A stretch of DNA of 64,000 nt. Source: an uncultured Candidatus Binatia bacterium (GTDB lineage Bacteria; Desulfobacterota; Binatia; UBA9968; JAJDTQ01). Shown piece by piece: positions 37,674 to 47,241 of this stretch. A program made the position numbers and the translations under genes. The stretch lies in the NCBI GenBank assembly GCA_965213675.1, contig OZ243916.1, positions 672,001 through 736,000 on the forward strand, in the 5' to 3' direction. The notes under the pieces were generated by a model, which was not told the DNA's origin, did not search any database, and was given only the letters and a program-made list of their open reading frames with translations. Numbering within the stretch: position 1 is the first letter of the stretch; each line of letters begins with the position of its first letter.

Positions 37674-38836
37674 GAGACCGAACCCGCTCGGCCCAGGACC
37701 TCTTCCCGCTGCGCGATCATTTCGTCCAGCTCGTCCTTCAGGCGCGGCAGAATCTGGTCGTAGGGGAACGCTCCCAGCGGTTCGCTGCCGCGCTTGAGGT
37801 TGACGAACCGGGGGCCGCACCACAGGCCCAGGTCGGCGTCGTCCGTTTCGCCCGGGCCGTTGACGCGGCAGCCCATGACGGCGATGGTGATGGCATGATC
37901 GGCGGCGAAGGCGGTCACTTCCTTGACCTGCTGGGCCAACTCCACGAAGTTCTCGTTTTCGACCCGCGAACAACTCGGGCAACTGATGATGTTCAGGGAG
38001 TCGAGGCCGTAGTCGACGACGCTCCGCACCCGGCCCTGGGCAATATCGGCCAGGATCGTGCGTCCGGCCACGATCTCTTCGCTCTTGCGCGCGTTGGGCA
38101 CGGTCAAGGACACCCGGATGGTGTCGCCGATGCCGCGGCTGAGGAGCTGTTCGAAGGCGATGCGGGTCTTGATGATGCCATCCGGCGGCAATCCCGCCTC
38201 GGTCACGCCGAGATGCAGCGGCACGTCCGGGCGCTCCTCCGCGAACCGTTGGTTCACCTCGATGACCTTGGCCGGATCCGAGTCCTTGAGCGAGACGCAG
38301 TAACGCGTGTAGCCGATGCGGTCCAGCAGTTCGCAATGCTCCCAGGCGCTGGCGAGCATGGGCGAGATGGAGTCGTCTTCGGGGAACTTGTCCTGCTGCG
38401 CGGGATCCACCGAACCGCAGTTGACGCCCACGCGCATGGCGCAGTCGTGGGCGGTCGCCACCTCCGCCAGGAACCTGACCTTGTCCTGCCAGGATTTCCG
38501 GCGCTCATGGTGGTAGAGATGGCCGGGGTTGTAACGGAGCTTGTCGACGTGGGGCGCCACGGCACTGGCCAGACGGTAGTTTTCCTGGAGGTCCACGGAC
38601 AGGTTGGCATCGCTGGCGCCCCGGATGGCCGCCAGGGACGCCGCGTCCTTCTTGCTGTCCACGGCAATGCGGATCACGTCGGCTCCGGCCTCGGCCAGAT
38701 CCTTGATCTGCGCCACCGTCGCCTTGACATCCTGGGTATGGGTCGCGCACATGCTCTGGACCGCGATGGGGTGGTTGCCCCCGATGATGGCGGTGCCGAT
38801 GCGAACGATTCGAGTGGGGTTGCGTGGCAGTTTCAT
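37670..38836 (-). CDS. ispG: (E)-4-hydroxy-3-methylbut-2-enyl-diphosphate synthase
   Basis: [50 protein letters not shown]. Confidence 0.96.
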   Translation of the reverse strand: MKLPRNPTRIVRIGTAIIGGNHPIAVQSMCATHTQDVKATVAQIKDLAEAGADVIRIAVDSKKDAASLAAIRGASDANLSVDLQENYRLASAVAPHVDKLRYNPGHLYHHERRKSWQDKVRFLAEVATAHDCAMRVGVNCGSVDPAQQDKFPEDDSISPMLASAWEHCELLDRIGYTRYCVSLKDSDPAKVIEVNQRFAEERPDVPLHLGVTEAGLPPDGIIKTRIAFEQLLSRGIGDTIRVSLTVPNARKSEEIVAGRTILADIAQGRVRSVVDYGLDSLNIISCPSCSRVENENFVELAQQVKEVTAFAADHAITIAVMGCRVNGPGETDDADLGLWCGPRFVNLKRGSEPLGAFPYDQILPRLKDELDEMIAQREEVLGRAGSVS

Positions 38837-38948
38837 GAGATCGTGCGACTCCGGGGCGCGGGACCGTCGACTTCAGGCTAGCCTGAATGGCGCGTTGAAG
38901 CAACTTCGGGGTGCGCGCGGATTCCCGGCGGCCGCGCGTGGCGGCACC

Positions 38949-38977
38949 TTGATGCAGGTATGGATTCCGTCTAGGAT
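38949..38977 (+). promoter_or_regulatory. Putative sigma70 promoter for prc
   Basis: TTGATG-17 bp-TAGGAT. Confidence 0.45.
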
Positions 38978-39001
38978 GGTGTTGGAAGCCAAGGAGAAAC
39001 G

Positions 39002-41110
39002 ATGAAGACCGCACGCCTGACACGACATTTCGCACCGGTGGCCGCGGCGCTGTGCCTGCTGGCATTCCTTTCGCCACTCTCCGCGTGGAGCCAGAAGGAT
39101 CCGGCCGGGACGTCCGGTGAGTTGCAGCCGAAACCGGCGCATTCGGGCATCACCGAAGAAATCCATAAACGCCTCACTCGGGTCCACTACAACGCCGTCA
39201 CCCTGAACGACGAGGTGTCGGGGCGGATTTTCGATTCCTACATCAAGGTGCTGGATCCCGCGCGACGTTATTTTTTGAACGCCGACATCCAGGAGTTCGA
39301 GCCCCTCAGGACGCAATTCGACGACATGATCGAGGAGGGGGATATCGCGGCGGCCTTCGATATATTCAACCGCTACAAGAAGCGGCGGGGCGACTATCTC
39401 CGGGACCTCGTCGGTATGCTCAAGGACGGGTTCGACCGCCTGGATTTCCACAAGGAGGAATATCTGGAGCGCACCCATACGACCTGGGCCGGCTCCGCTG
39501 CGGAGTTGCGGGAACGCTGGCGCCGGCAACTCAAGGGCGACGTGTTGAACCGCATGTTGGCGGGCGCCGAGCGTGACGAAATCCGCAAGGCGCTGCGGCA
39601 ACGGTACGAGTATCAGTTGAAGCGGTTGGGTCAGCAGACCAACGACGACGTATTCACCGTGTTCACCAACGCATACCTCCGGGCCATCGACCCGCATACG
39701 GCATATTATTCGCGTCATCAGAGCGAAAACTTCAATATTCACATGAGCCTGTCGCTGGAGGGCATCGGCGCGGTGCTCCAGGACGATGCCGGGACGGTGA
39801 AGGTGGTTCGGCTGGTTGCGGGCGGACCGGCGGACAAGGCCGGGGAGTTGCGCGCCGGAGACCGCATCGTGGGTGTGGCCCAGGGTGAGGACGGCCAGAT
39901 GGTGGACATTCTCGGCATGCGCCTCGACAAGGTGGTGACGCTGATTCGCGGCCCCAAGGAGACGACGGTCCGCCTGGAGATCATTCCCCAGACGAGCACG
40001 AACGAACAGCACAAGGTGATCCGCATCGTTCGCAACAAGGTGGATCTGGCCGACCAGGAGGCCAAGAGCCAGGTGATGGAGGTGGAAGTAGGGGAGCGAA
40101 CGGAGAAGATCGGCGTCATCCGCTTGCCCACGTTCTACGCCGACTTCGCCGCGCAGCGCGCCCGCAAGGCCGACTACAAACATACGACCCGGGACGTGAA
40201 ACGGCTGATCGCGGAGTTGCAGGATGACAGGGTCAGGGGCGTGGTGGTGGATCTGCGGAGCAACGGCGGCGGCTCTCTCAAGGAAGCCATCCAGCTCGTC
40301 GGGCTGTTCATCCGCACCGGCCCGGTGGTACAGATTCGCGACGGACGTGGAGTGATCCGGGTTCGTTCGGATACGGACCCCGACATCCTCTACGACGGAC
40401 CCCTGGTGGTGCTGGTCAACCGGCTCAGCGCCTCGGCTTCGGAGATTTTCGCGGGGGCGGTTCAGGACTACGGCCGCGGAATGGTTCTGGGGGTGCAGAC
40501 CTTCGGAAAGGGAACCGTTCAGACGGTGATGCCCATCAGCGAGGGCCATTTGAAGCTCACCCAAGCCAAGTTCTACAGGATCTCGGGGGAGAGCACACAG
40601 CACCGCGGCGTGATACCTGACATCGAATTTCCGGGCATCGTCGACAAGACGGAAGTGGGCGAGAGCGCGCTGGAACACGCCTTGACGTGGGATGTCATCG
40701 ACCGCGCGCGTTACACCGAGGTTGGGGATACTGCGCCGTTTCGCGAGGAGTTGCAGCGAAGACACCTGAAGCGCACGCAGGCCGATCCGGACTTCGCGCA
40801 CCTGATGGCGCGTATCGAACGTCTGCGGAAGGAGCGTGCCGAAACCACGGTCTCATTGAAAGAGGAAACGCGCAGGACCCGAAAGAAGAACGACGAGGTT
40901 GCTGAACTCGAAAGCGAGAACGCCCGCCGGGCCGCCAAGGGCGAGAAGCCGTTCGCCAGTTTCGCCGAACTGGTAGACTACAACGAGAAGCAGGCCGATT
41001 CCGACGACCTTCCGGAAGAGGACCCGATCCTGGAGGAGGCGGTCCACGTCCTCGCGGACTTCATCGATCTCTCCCAGCCTGCCGCGCCGGCGCCGCGCCG
41101 GGGCACATAG
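39002..41110 (+). CDS. prc: Carboxy-terminal processing (tail-specific) protease, S41
   Basis: Signal peptide; DPHT, GIGAVL PDZ domain, DLRSNGGG, SASASEI, TFGKGTVQ; long Tsp-type C-terminus. Confidence 0.92.
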   Translation: MKTARLTRHFAPVAAALCLLAFLSPLSAWSQKDPAGTSGELQPKPAHSGITEEIHKRLTRVHYNAVTLNDEVSGRIFDSYIKVLDPARRYFLNADIQEFEPLRTQFDDMIEEGDIAAAFDIFNRYKKRRGDYLRDLVGMLKDGFDRLDFHKEEYLERTHTTWAGSAAELRERWRRQLKGDVLNRMLAGAERDEIRKALRQRYEYQLKRLGQQTNDDVFTVFTNAYLRAIDPHTAYYSRHQSENFNIHMSLSLEGIGAVLQDDAGTVKVVRLVAGGPADKAGELRAGDRIVGVAQGEDGQMVDILGMRLDKVVTLIRGPKETTVRLEIIPQTSTNEQHKVIRIVRNKVDLADQEAKSQVMEVEVGERTEKIGVIRLPTFYADFAAQRARKADYKHTTRDVKRLIAELQDDRVRGVVVDLRSNGGGSLKEAIQLVGLFIRTGPVVQIRDGRGVIRVRSDTDPDILYDGPLVVLVNRLSASASEIFAGAVQDYGRGMVLGVQTFGKGTVQTVMPISEGHLKLTQAKFYRISGESTQHRGVIPDIEFPGIVDKTEVGESALEHALTWDVIDRARYTEVGDTAPFREELQRRHLKRTQADPDFAHLMARIERLRKERAETTVSLKEETRRTRKKNDEVAELESENARRAAKGEKPFASFAELVDYNEKQADSDDLPEEDPILEEAVHVLADFIDLSQPAAPAPRRGT

Positions 41111-41158
41111 CGGCCAGCGCGCGGTCCGCCGCCACCGGATATCCCGCGCCCCCGGCGG

Positions 41159-41947
41159 TTATTCGCCGCCGTTCACGTCCACTACCGAGCCGCTGACGAA
41201 CGAAGCCGCGTCCGAAGCCAGGAACAACGCGACCCCGGCGACCTCGTCCGGCCGGCCGTGGCGCCCCAGGGCAATGCTCTCCAGCCCCTCCGGCTCGATG
41301 CGCCCGAGGCTCGTGCCTCCAGGCCGCGGCGTGTCGATGATGCCTGGCGCCACCGCGTTGACGCGCACGTCCGGTCCCCACTGATTGGCCATGTGAAAGG
41401 TCAGGTTCATGACCGCGGCCTTGGCAGTGCCGTACGCGGCCATATTGGGCCGCTCATGCTTGGTGGAGCGGCCCGATATGGAGCCGATGTTGACGATGGC
41501 GCCCTTGCCGCGTTCCTTCATGTGCGGCACCACCGCCTTGGAACACAGGAAGGCCGTCTTGGCGTTGACGTCGTACACGCCCATGAAATCCTCGGGCGCA
41601 AGCTCCAGCAAGGGCGCCCTTTGGAATCCCGGCATCTCCGGGTTGCGGCTGTAGGAGCCGCCGGCCACGTTCAGGAGCGCGTCGATGCGGCCGAAGCGCT
41701 CCAGCGCGGCGGCCACCATCTGCTTCACCTGATCCTCCCGGGACACATCCACCGCCACGCCCGCGGCGCCCACCCCCAGGGCTTCGACTTCCGTCACCAC
41801 CGGTGGAATGGAATCCGCCGGCAGCGAGGCGATCATCACGTTGGAGCCCGCCTGGGCGAAGGCCAGCGCGCAGGCGCGGCCGATGCCGCCGCTGCCGCCG
41901 GTAATGATGGTGGTGCGTCCTTCCAGGGAAAAACGGGACAGATCCAT
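41159..41947 (-). CDS. SDR family NAD(P)-dependent oxidoreductase
   Basis: TGGSGGIG, YGTAK, VNAVAPG. Confidence 0.92.
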   Translation of the reverse strand: MDLSRFSLEGRTTIITGGSGGIGRACALAFAQAGSNVMIASLPADSIPPVVTEVEALGVGAAGVAVDVSREDQVKQMVAAALERFGRIDALLNVAGGSYSRNPEMPGFQRAPLLELAPEDFMGVYDVNAKTAFLCSKAVVPHMKERGKGAIVNIGSISGRSTKHERPNMAAYGTAKAAVMNLTFHMANQWGPDVRVNAVAPGIIDTPRPGGTSLGRIEPEGLESIALGRHGRPDEVAGVALFLASDAASFVSGSVVDVNGGE

Positions 41948-42128
41948 GGTGTTTACTCCGTAGGCTTTGCCCGACTCCAGGCAGATGCCGTTGATTCAAG
42001 GGGTTCCTTCGACCGTCTCGAGTTCGCTGACGGCGCAACGCCCCCGGCTGACGGCGGTGCGTGCGCCCCGATCCTTCGACTCCTTTCGGTGCTTCGCCGA
42101 GCGCGGTCGAAGGGGGTTGGATGGTTCT

Positions 42129-43052
42129 TCAACCCTCCCACAGATGGCTGAACTGCACGGCCACCACGTCCTCGTAGGCGGCGGGCCCGTCCAGCAGGCC
42201 GATGTCCCGGGCGAACTGATTCATGGTCGATACCACCGATTCCGGTATGCGAGGATCATAGTAGGGGGTGTCGCGTTGGATGAGGGTGGCGATGAGCCCG
42301 GCTTCTTCGGGCGGATACAGCGCCTTGCCCACGTCCGCGGCCTGTTGGGGGTTCTCTATCAGCGCCTTCTGGGTCTTGACCAGGGCGCGCACCGCGGCGG
42401 CGGCGGCGTCCGGGTTTTCAGAGATGATCCGGTCGGAGGTGATGAGGGCAGGGAAGGTGTAGCCGCGCGCGTCCGGCGGCCCTTCGCCGCGCCGGATGTC
42501 CAGGACCACGGTGCCGGCGCCGTGGCGCACGGCCACCTCCGCGCCCATGCCATTGGCCCAGAAGCCGTCGATGGCGCCCTCGGACAGGGCCTTGGCCGCG
42601 GTCACTCCGAAGGAGACCCCGGTCGCGGTGGCGCCAGGCACGGGACCGATTTCGATCTTGTCCGCTTCGGGGTCCAGGCCCGCGGCTTTGAGCATGCGCT
42701 TGAGCCCCAGGTCCACGCCCGGCGCGGCGCCGATGCGCAGCCCCTTGACGGCTTGGATGTCGCCGCGCTGGACTCCCAGGTCCGCGCGCAGCACCAGGAA
42801 CCAGTACATGTGTTGGGCCAGGGCGGCCAGCAGCTTGGCTCCCTTCCAGTTGGGAAACCGGGTGAGGGTGGCGTGGGAAGAGGCGGCCACGAAGTCGAGC
42901 TTGTGGTCCCGAAGGGCCTCGAGAGTCGAGGGTACGGGGAAGATGAGTTCCACCTCCATGTCCAGCCCTTCGTCCTTGAAGAAGCCGAGTTCGGCGGCGG
43001 CGATGGCGGGGAAATAGGAGTTGGAGACGAAGTCGGGGAGTCCCAGGCGCAT
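42129..43052 (-). CDS. NMT1/SsuA/TauA-like periplasmic-binding-fold protein without signal peptide
   Basis: AAELGFFKDEGLDMEV, VKGLRIGA, MLKAAGLDP; ATG with AAAGGA SD and no hydrophobic N-terminus. Confidence 0.8.
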   Translation of the reverse strand: MRLGLPDFVSNSYFPAIAAAELGFFKDEGLDMEVELIFPVPSTLEALRDHKLDFVAASSHATLTRFPNWKGAKLLAALAQHMYWFLVLRADLGVQRGDIQAVKGLRIGAAPGVDLGLKRMLKAAGLDPEADKIEIGPVPGATATGVSFGVTAAKALSEGAIDGFWANGMGAEVAVRHGAGTVVLDIRRGEGPPDARGYTFPALITSDRIISENPDAAAAAVRALVKTQKALIENPQQAADVGKALYPPEEAGLIATLIQRDTPYYDPRIPESVVSTMNQFARDIGLLDGPAAYEDVVAVQFSHLWEG

Positions 43053-43175
43053 GGCGTTCCTTTCACTCTTGAGCAGGTTCTTGCGGGGCGGAGTTGGAGG
43101 CGAAGTCGGAATGCGTTGGGCCGGGTGTAACGGATTCGGGGCCGGGATGCAAAGTGGCGCGGTGGGTCTGACGCT

Positions 43176-44621
43176 TCAGCCCCAGTACGTGGTGCGATCC
43201 ACCGGGATGGCGTCCAGCAGGTCGAGGGGCAGGTAGTCCTCCACGCGGATGCGCGCCATGGCTTCGTCGGGACACTTGGACACGGGGGAGAAGGGCCGGT
43301 CCAGCGGGCGGGTGGCGTCCACGATCATGGCGGAGGTGCGGATACCCGCGTCCATGGAGGGATCGATCAGGGGGCCGCGCATGATGTCGGTGATGAGAGA
43401 AATCTGGCGGTGGGGTTGGACCCGGGTGGCCAAAGCCCACAGGATTTCCGTGGGGTTGTAGACGTCGATGTCGTCGTCGAAGATAAAGACGTGCTTGCAC
43501 TGGTCGAAGCTCAGGGCGGCGGCCGCGGCCCGGCCGGGGTCTCCCTCGGACATCTTCTTCATGGCGATGAACACATTCATGAGCGCGTGGCGGCCGTTCT
43601 TGCAGACCGCGGTGACGCCGGGCACGGCCTCGCGGCAGCGCCGCAGGTAGGCGCCTTCGCGGGCCAGGTCCATCCACGGCTTGTCGCCGTCCGGCGTGAT
43701 CACCGATTGGTGGATGGCGTCGCGCCGCCGGGTGATGGCGCGCACTTCCAGGAAGGCCGCCTGCCGGTAGCCTTGGGGGCCGACGTAGCCGTGCACCTCG
43801 CCGAACGGTCCTTCCACCACGCGCTTCCCCGGAATCAGCGCGCCTTCGATGACGATCTCCGCGTCCGCCGGCACCATCAGGCGTTCGCCGAAGGTTTCGG
43901 ATGGCGTCAGCCGCAGGGGTTCGCCAAGATAGCCGCCGATGATCTCCAGTTCGTCGGCGTCGAAGGGGCCGCGGTAGCAGGCGCCGATGTTGAAGGCCGG
44001 ATGATGTCCGGTCACCGCGGCCACCGGACATTCCTGTCCGTTCTCCTCGTAGTCCCGGAAGATGCGCCACAAGTGCTGCAAGGACAGGTAGAAGCCGGTG
44101 TGGTTCCGGTCCTTCACCTCCATGCGATGGTAGGAGACGTTGTACACCCCCGAGCGGCGGTCGATGCCGAGGCTGGGCATGTCGATGTAGGGGCCGCCGT
44201 CCAGGGCGTGGTGGCGCATCACCGGCAGTTCGAATAGGTCTACCTCGTCGCCGCGGCGGATCACCTCCTTCACCGGCGCTTCCGACGGCTCCACCACCAC
44301 CGGCGCGATGGGGTTGGCTTCGCGTTGCAGGCATTCCAGGGCCAGGTCCGCCCGGGTGGTGTGCGCCGGCGCGCCCAAGGCGGTCTGGAACTTGCCCATG
44401 GAGACCTCGCAATTCATGGCGAGGCGCACATCGGACGAGTTGCCGTGGAGGTTCTTCGGGCGCTCGAACAGCAGCACCGGAAACTGCTTGCGCTCGGCCA
44501 ATTGGGCGATGAGGGCGGAAACGTCGTGGCGCGCCGGGTTGACCGGGCGCGTCACGTGCACGAGTTCGCCGGGGCGCTGTTGCCGCAGGTCGTTGAGAAA
44601 GGTGCGCAGGCTCTTGGGCAT
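43176..44621 (-). CDS. UbiD family (prFMN-dependent) (de)carboxylase
   Basis: LFELP...DGGPYI, SYHRM, EGPFGE, DDDID, WALATR, DATRP. Confidence 0.92.
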   Translation of the reverse strand: MPKSLRTFLNDLRQQRPGELVHVTRPVNPARHDVSALIAQLAERKQFPVLLFERPKNLHGNSSDVRLAMNCEVSMGKFQTALGAPAHTTRADLALECLQREANPIAPVVVEPSEAPVKEVIRRGDEVDLFELPVMRHHALDGGPYIDMPSLGIDRRSGVYNVSYHRMEVKDRNHTGFYLSLQHLWRIFRDYEENGQECPVAAVTGHHPAFNIGACYRGPFDADELEIIGGYLGEPLRLTPSETFGERLMVPADAEIVIEGALIPGKRVVEGPFGEVHGYVGPQGYRQAAFLEVRAITRRRDAIHQSVITPDGDKPWMDLAREGAYLRRCREAVPGVTAVCKNGRHALMNVFIAMKKMSEGDPGRAAAAALSFDQCKHVFIFDDDIDVYNPTEILWALATRVQPHRQISLITDIMRGPLIDPSMDAGIRTSAMIVDATRPLDRPFSPVSKCPDEAMARIRVEDYLPLDLLDAIPVDRTTYWG

Positions 44622-44713
44622 GGACGTGACCAGGCGTCAGGGATGGGGTGCTCTGGCGGCGCCGGGGAGGACGTCACGTCCACGGGCCCGGTCCCACGCG
44701 GAGGAGATGGCCA

Positions 44714-45460
44714 TCAGTACAGGATGTCGCCACCGTCCACCACCAGGGTCTGGCCGGTGACGAAACCGCTGTCCGGGGCGGCGAGGTAGAGCACGGCGCC
44801 GGTGAGGTCCGCGGGCGTCTGCTGGCGCTGGATGGAACGGGCGCTCACGCGGCTGGCGGACAGTTCCGGCGGCAGGCGCTGGCCTTCGTGCTCCACGAGA
44901 CCGGGAGCGATGGCGTTGACGCTGATGCCGTGTGCGCCCATTTCCCGGGCCATGGAACGGGTCATGCCGATGAGCGCCGACTTGGACGCGACGTAATGCA
45001 GGAAGTTGGGCGTGCCGGCCATCACGGTGTTGGAGGAGATGTTGATGATGCGGCCGCCGCCCTGATCGCGCATGTGCGGGAAAACGGCCTTGGCGCACAG
45101 AAAAACGCCCTTGATGTTCACCGCCGTGACCCGGTCCCACTCTTCCGCGGAGATCTCGTGGAACGGCCGCCGCTGGATGCTGACGTAGATGGCGGCGTTG
45201 TTCACCAGCACGTCGATGCGCCCGAAGGCGTCCATGGCGGCTGCAGCCATCCGCAGGGTGTCGTCCTCGCGCGCGACATCCACCGTGACGGCCACCGCCT
45301 CCCCGCCCGCTTCCCGAATGTCCGCGGCCGCGGCGGTACCGTCCAGAACGTCCGCGACGAGCACGCGGGCGCCCTCCGCCGCCAGCGCTCCGGCATAGAC
45401 CGCGCCGATGTTGCGCGCGCCACCGGTGACGATGGCGACCTTGTTGTCAAGCCGTCCCAT
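44714..45460 (-). CDS. SDR family NAD(P)-dependent oxidoreductase
   Basis: TGGARNIG, NNAA, YVASK, VDGG. Confidence 0.92.
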   Translation of the reverse strand: MGRLDNKVAIVTGGARNIGAVYAGALAAEGARVLVADVLDGTAAAADIREAGGEAVAVTVDVAREDDTLRMAAAAMDAFGRIDVLVNNAAIYVSIQRRPFHEISAEEWDRVTAVNIKGVFLCAKAVFPHMRDQGGGRIINISSNTVMAGTPNFLHYVASKSALIGMTRSMAREMGAHGISVNAIAPGLVEHEGQRLPPELSASRVSARSIQRQQTPADLTGAVLYLAAPDSGFVTGQTLVVDGGDILY

Positions 45461-45481
45461 GTTCCTTCAATCGTTCCATGT

Positions 45482-47143
45482 TCAAGAATGCGGACCGGCG
45501 GCGGTGCTTGCCGCCGCGCGTTCGTTCATCTCCCGGAGTTGCCGGCGCAGGTCCAAGGGTTCCCACCAGAGTTTCAGGCCGAGGTCCCGGGCGATGGTCT
45601 GGGCGGCGTTGTAGCCCGGCGCGCCGGTGATGTTGCCGCCGGGATGACAAGAGCTGCCGCACAGATAGAGCCCGTCCACCGGGGTGCGGTATTGGCCCCA
45701 GCCGGGGAAGGGGCGGTTCTCCAGCGCCTGGTCGCCGGTGTACTCGCCGATCATCCAGTCGCCTTCGTACATGTTGCGGTCGTGGCGCTCGATGTCCAGG
45801 GGCGTAGTGGAGTCGCGCGACAGGATGTTGTCGTCGGTAAGGTTGGGCGCGTACTCGCGCCATACGGCGAGTTGCCGGTCGAACCACTCGCTCCGGACCT
45901 TGTCCCAATTCTGCGGATTGCCCCACAGATTGTACGGCGATAGCTGCCACATGAACGCGGTGGCCTTGCCCGGCGGCGCCTGGGTGGGGTCGTGATGCGA
46001 CGGCGTGGCGCCGTTCATGAAGGGCTTGCGCGGCAACTGGCCGCTGCGGCAGTCGTCGAACAGGTTGCGCAGTTCGTCGTAGCTTTCCAGCCCGACGATG
46101 TGCATGAAGCTTTCGGCCACTTCGGGATGCGCTTCCTCGGTGATGTAGCGGGGGCGCTCGTTGAGGGCCAGGTTGGTGGCGAAAATCGGGGTGGTCTTGG
46201 AGAACTTGAACCCGGCCGCCTTGGCGCTGAACTCCGCGTCGAGGTTCTCCGCCCCCACGAGCTTGATGAAGGTCTCCACCGGGTTCACGTTGGAGGCGAC
46301 GAAGCGCCGGGCATGCACCACGGTGCCGTCTTCCAGCACCACGCCGGCGGCGCGGCCGCCCTCCACCAGGATGCGCTCCACCCCCACGGCCTCGATGTAG
46401 TCCACGCCGTTGTGCGACAGCATGTGCGCGAGGTTGTCTCCCAGGGCGTGGGAAGTGCCGCGGCAAAGCTGGGGGTTGACGCCCCAGGCGATCATGGCCG
46501 GCACCAGATAGCCGGTGTTGGGCGCGTCCAGTTCGTAGCCGCGCATCACCGCGAGGAAGCCGATGAAAGCGCGCACTCGGGTGTGCTCGAAATGCTCCAG
46601 GATGAACTGTTCCGGCGTGGTGTCGAAATAGCGCAGGTACTCCCGCCCCTCGGGCAATCCTTCCAGCAGCCCGCGCTTTTCGCTCATGGGGATGGGCGGG
46701 CAATAGGTCTCGGGGAATACGACGTTCTTCACCACCGGCTGCCAGCGGCTCCAGATGTCCCGGAAACTCGCCGCGTCCCGGGCGGAATACTGTTCGATGG
46801 TGGCAAGGGTGCGCTCCACATCGGCGAACCAGCCCAGGTAGGTGCGGTCCAGGAAGTGCTGCACCACGCCCGGGTCGGGCTTGTAGTAGTGGATGCCCAT
46901 GCGTTCCATTTCGAGGTCCTGGAACCACGGCAGCAACATCAGCCCGCGGTGGAACACCGAGTGGATGTTGTGCCAGAACCCGGGGTAGTTGCGATCCTCG
47001 TGGGAGTCCAGCCCGCCGCCCACCTCCATGTTCTTTTCGACGACGAGGATCTTCTGCCCGGATTTCCCCAGGTAGCCGGCGCAGATCATGCCGTTGTGGC
47101 CCGCGCCGATCACCACGCCGTCGTAATGCATCACCTTCGCCAT
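45482..47143 (-). CDS. Phytoene-dehydrogenase-like NAD(P)/FAD-dependent oxidoreductase
   Basis: IGAGHNG, YRTPVDGLYLCGSSCHPGG, GAPGYNAA. Confidence 0.88.
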   Translation of the reverse strand: MAKVMHYDGVVIGAGHNGMICAGYLGKSGQKILVVEKNMEVGGGLDSHEDRNYPGFWHNIHSVFHRGLMLLPWFQDLEMERMGIHYYKPDPGVVQHFLDRTYLGWFADVERTLATIEQYSARDAASFRDIWSRWQPVVKNVVFPETYCPPIPMSEKRGLLEGLPEGREYLRYFDTTPEQFILEHFEHTRVRAFIGFLAVMRGYELDAPNTGYLVPAMIAWGVNPQLCRGTSHALGDNLAHMLSHNGVDYIEAVGVERILVEGGRAAGVVLEDGTVVHARRFVASNVNPVETFIKLVGAENLDAEFSAKAAGFKFSKTTPIFATNLALNERPRYITEEAHPEVAESFMHIVGLESYDELRNLFDDCRSGQLPRKPFMNGATPSHHDPTQAPPGKATAFMWQLSPYNLWGNPQNWDKVRSEWFDRQLAVWREYAPNLTDDNILSRDSTTPLDIERHDRNMYEGDWMIGEYTGDQALENRPFPGWGQYRTPVDGLYLCGSSCHPGGNITGAPGYNAAQTIARDLGLKLWWEPLDLRRQLREMNERAAASTAAGPHS

Positions 47144-47241
47144 GGTTCACCCGTCTTCATGGTTTGGTTTCCTTGAACTTCCCGGCACCCTGCGCCTGGT
47201 AGACGCCTGGGAGACTCTTGCGCCCCTCGCTCAAGGCGCCG

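Noticed and set aside
41990-42118. tRNA-like or ncRNA signal (CCTTCGAC...GTCGAAGG)
   Set aside because: No cloverleaf or acceptor stem; looks like a decayed palindromic repeat.
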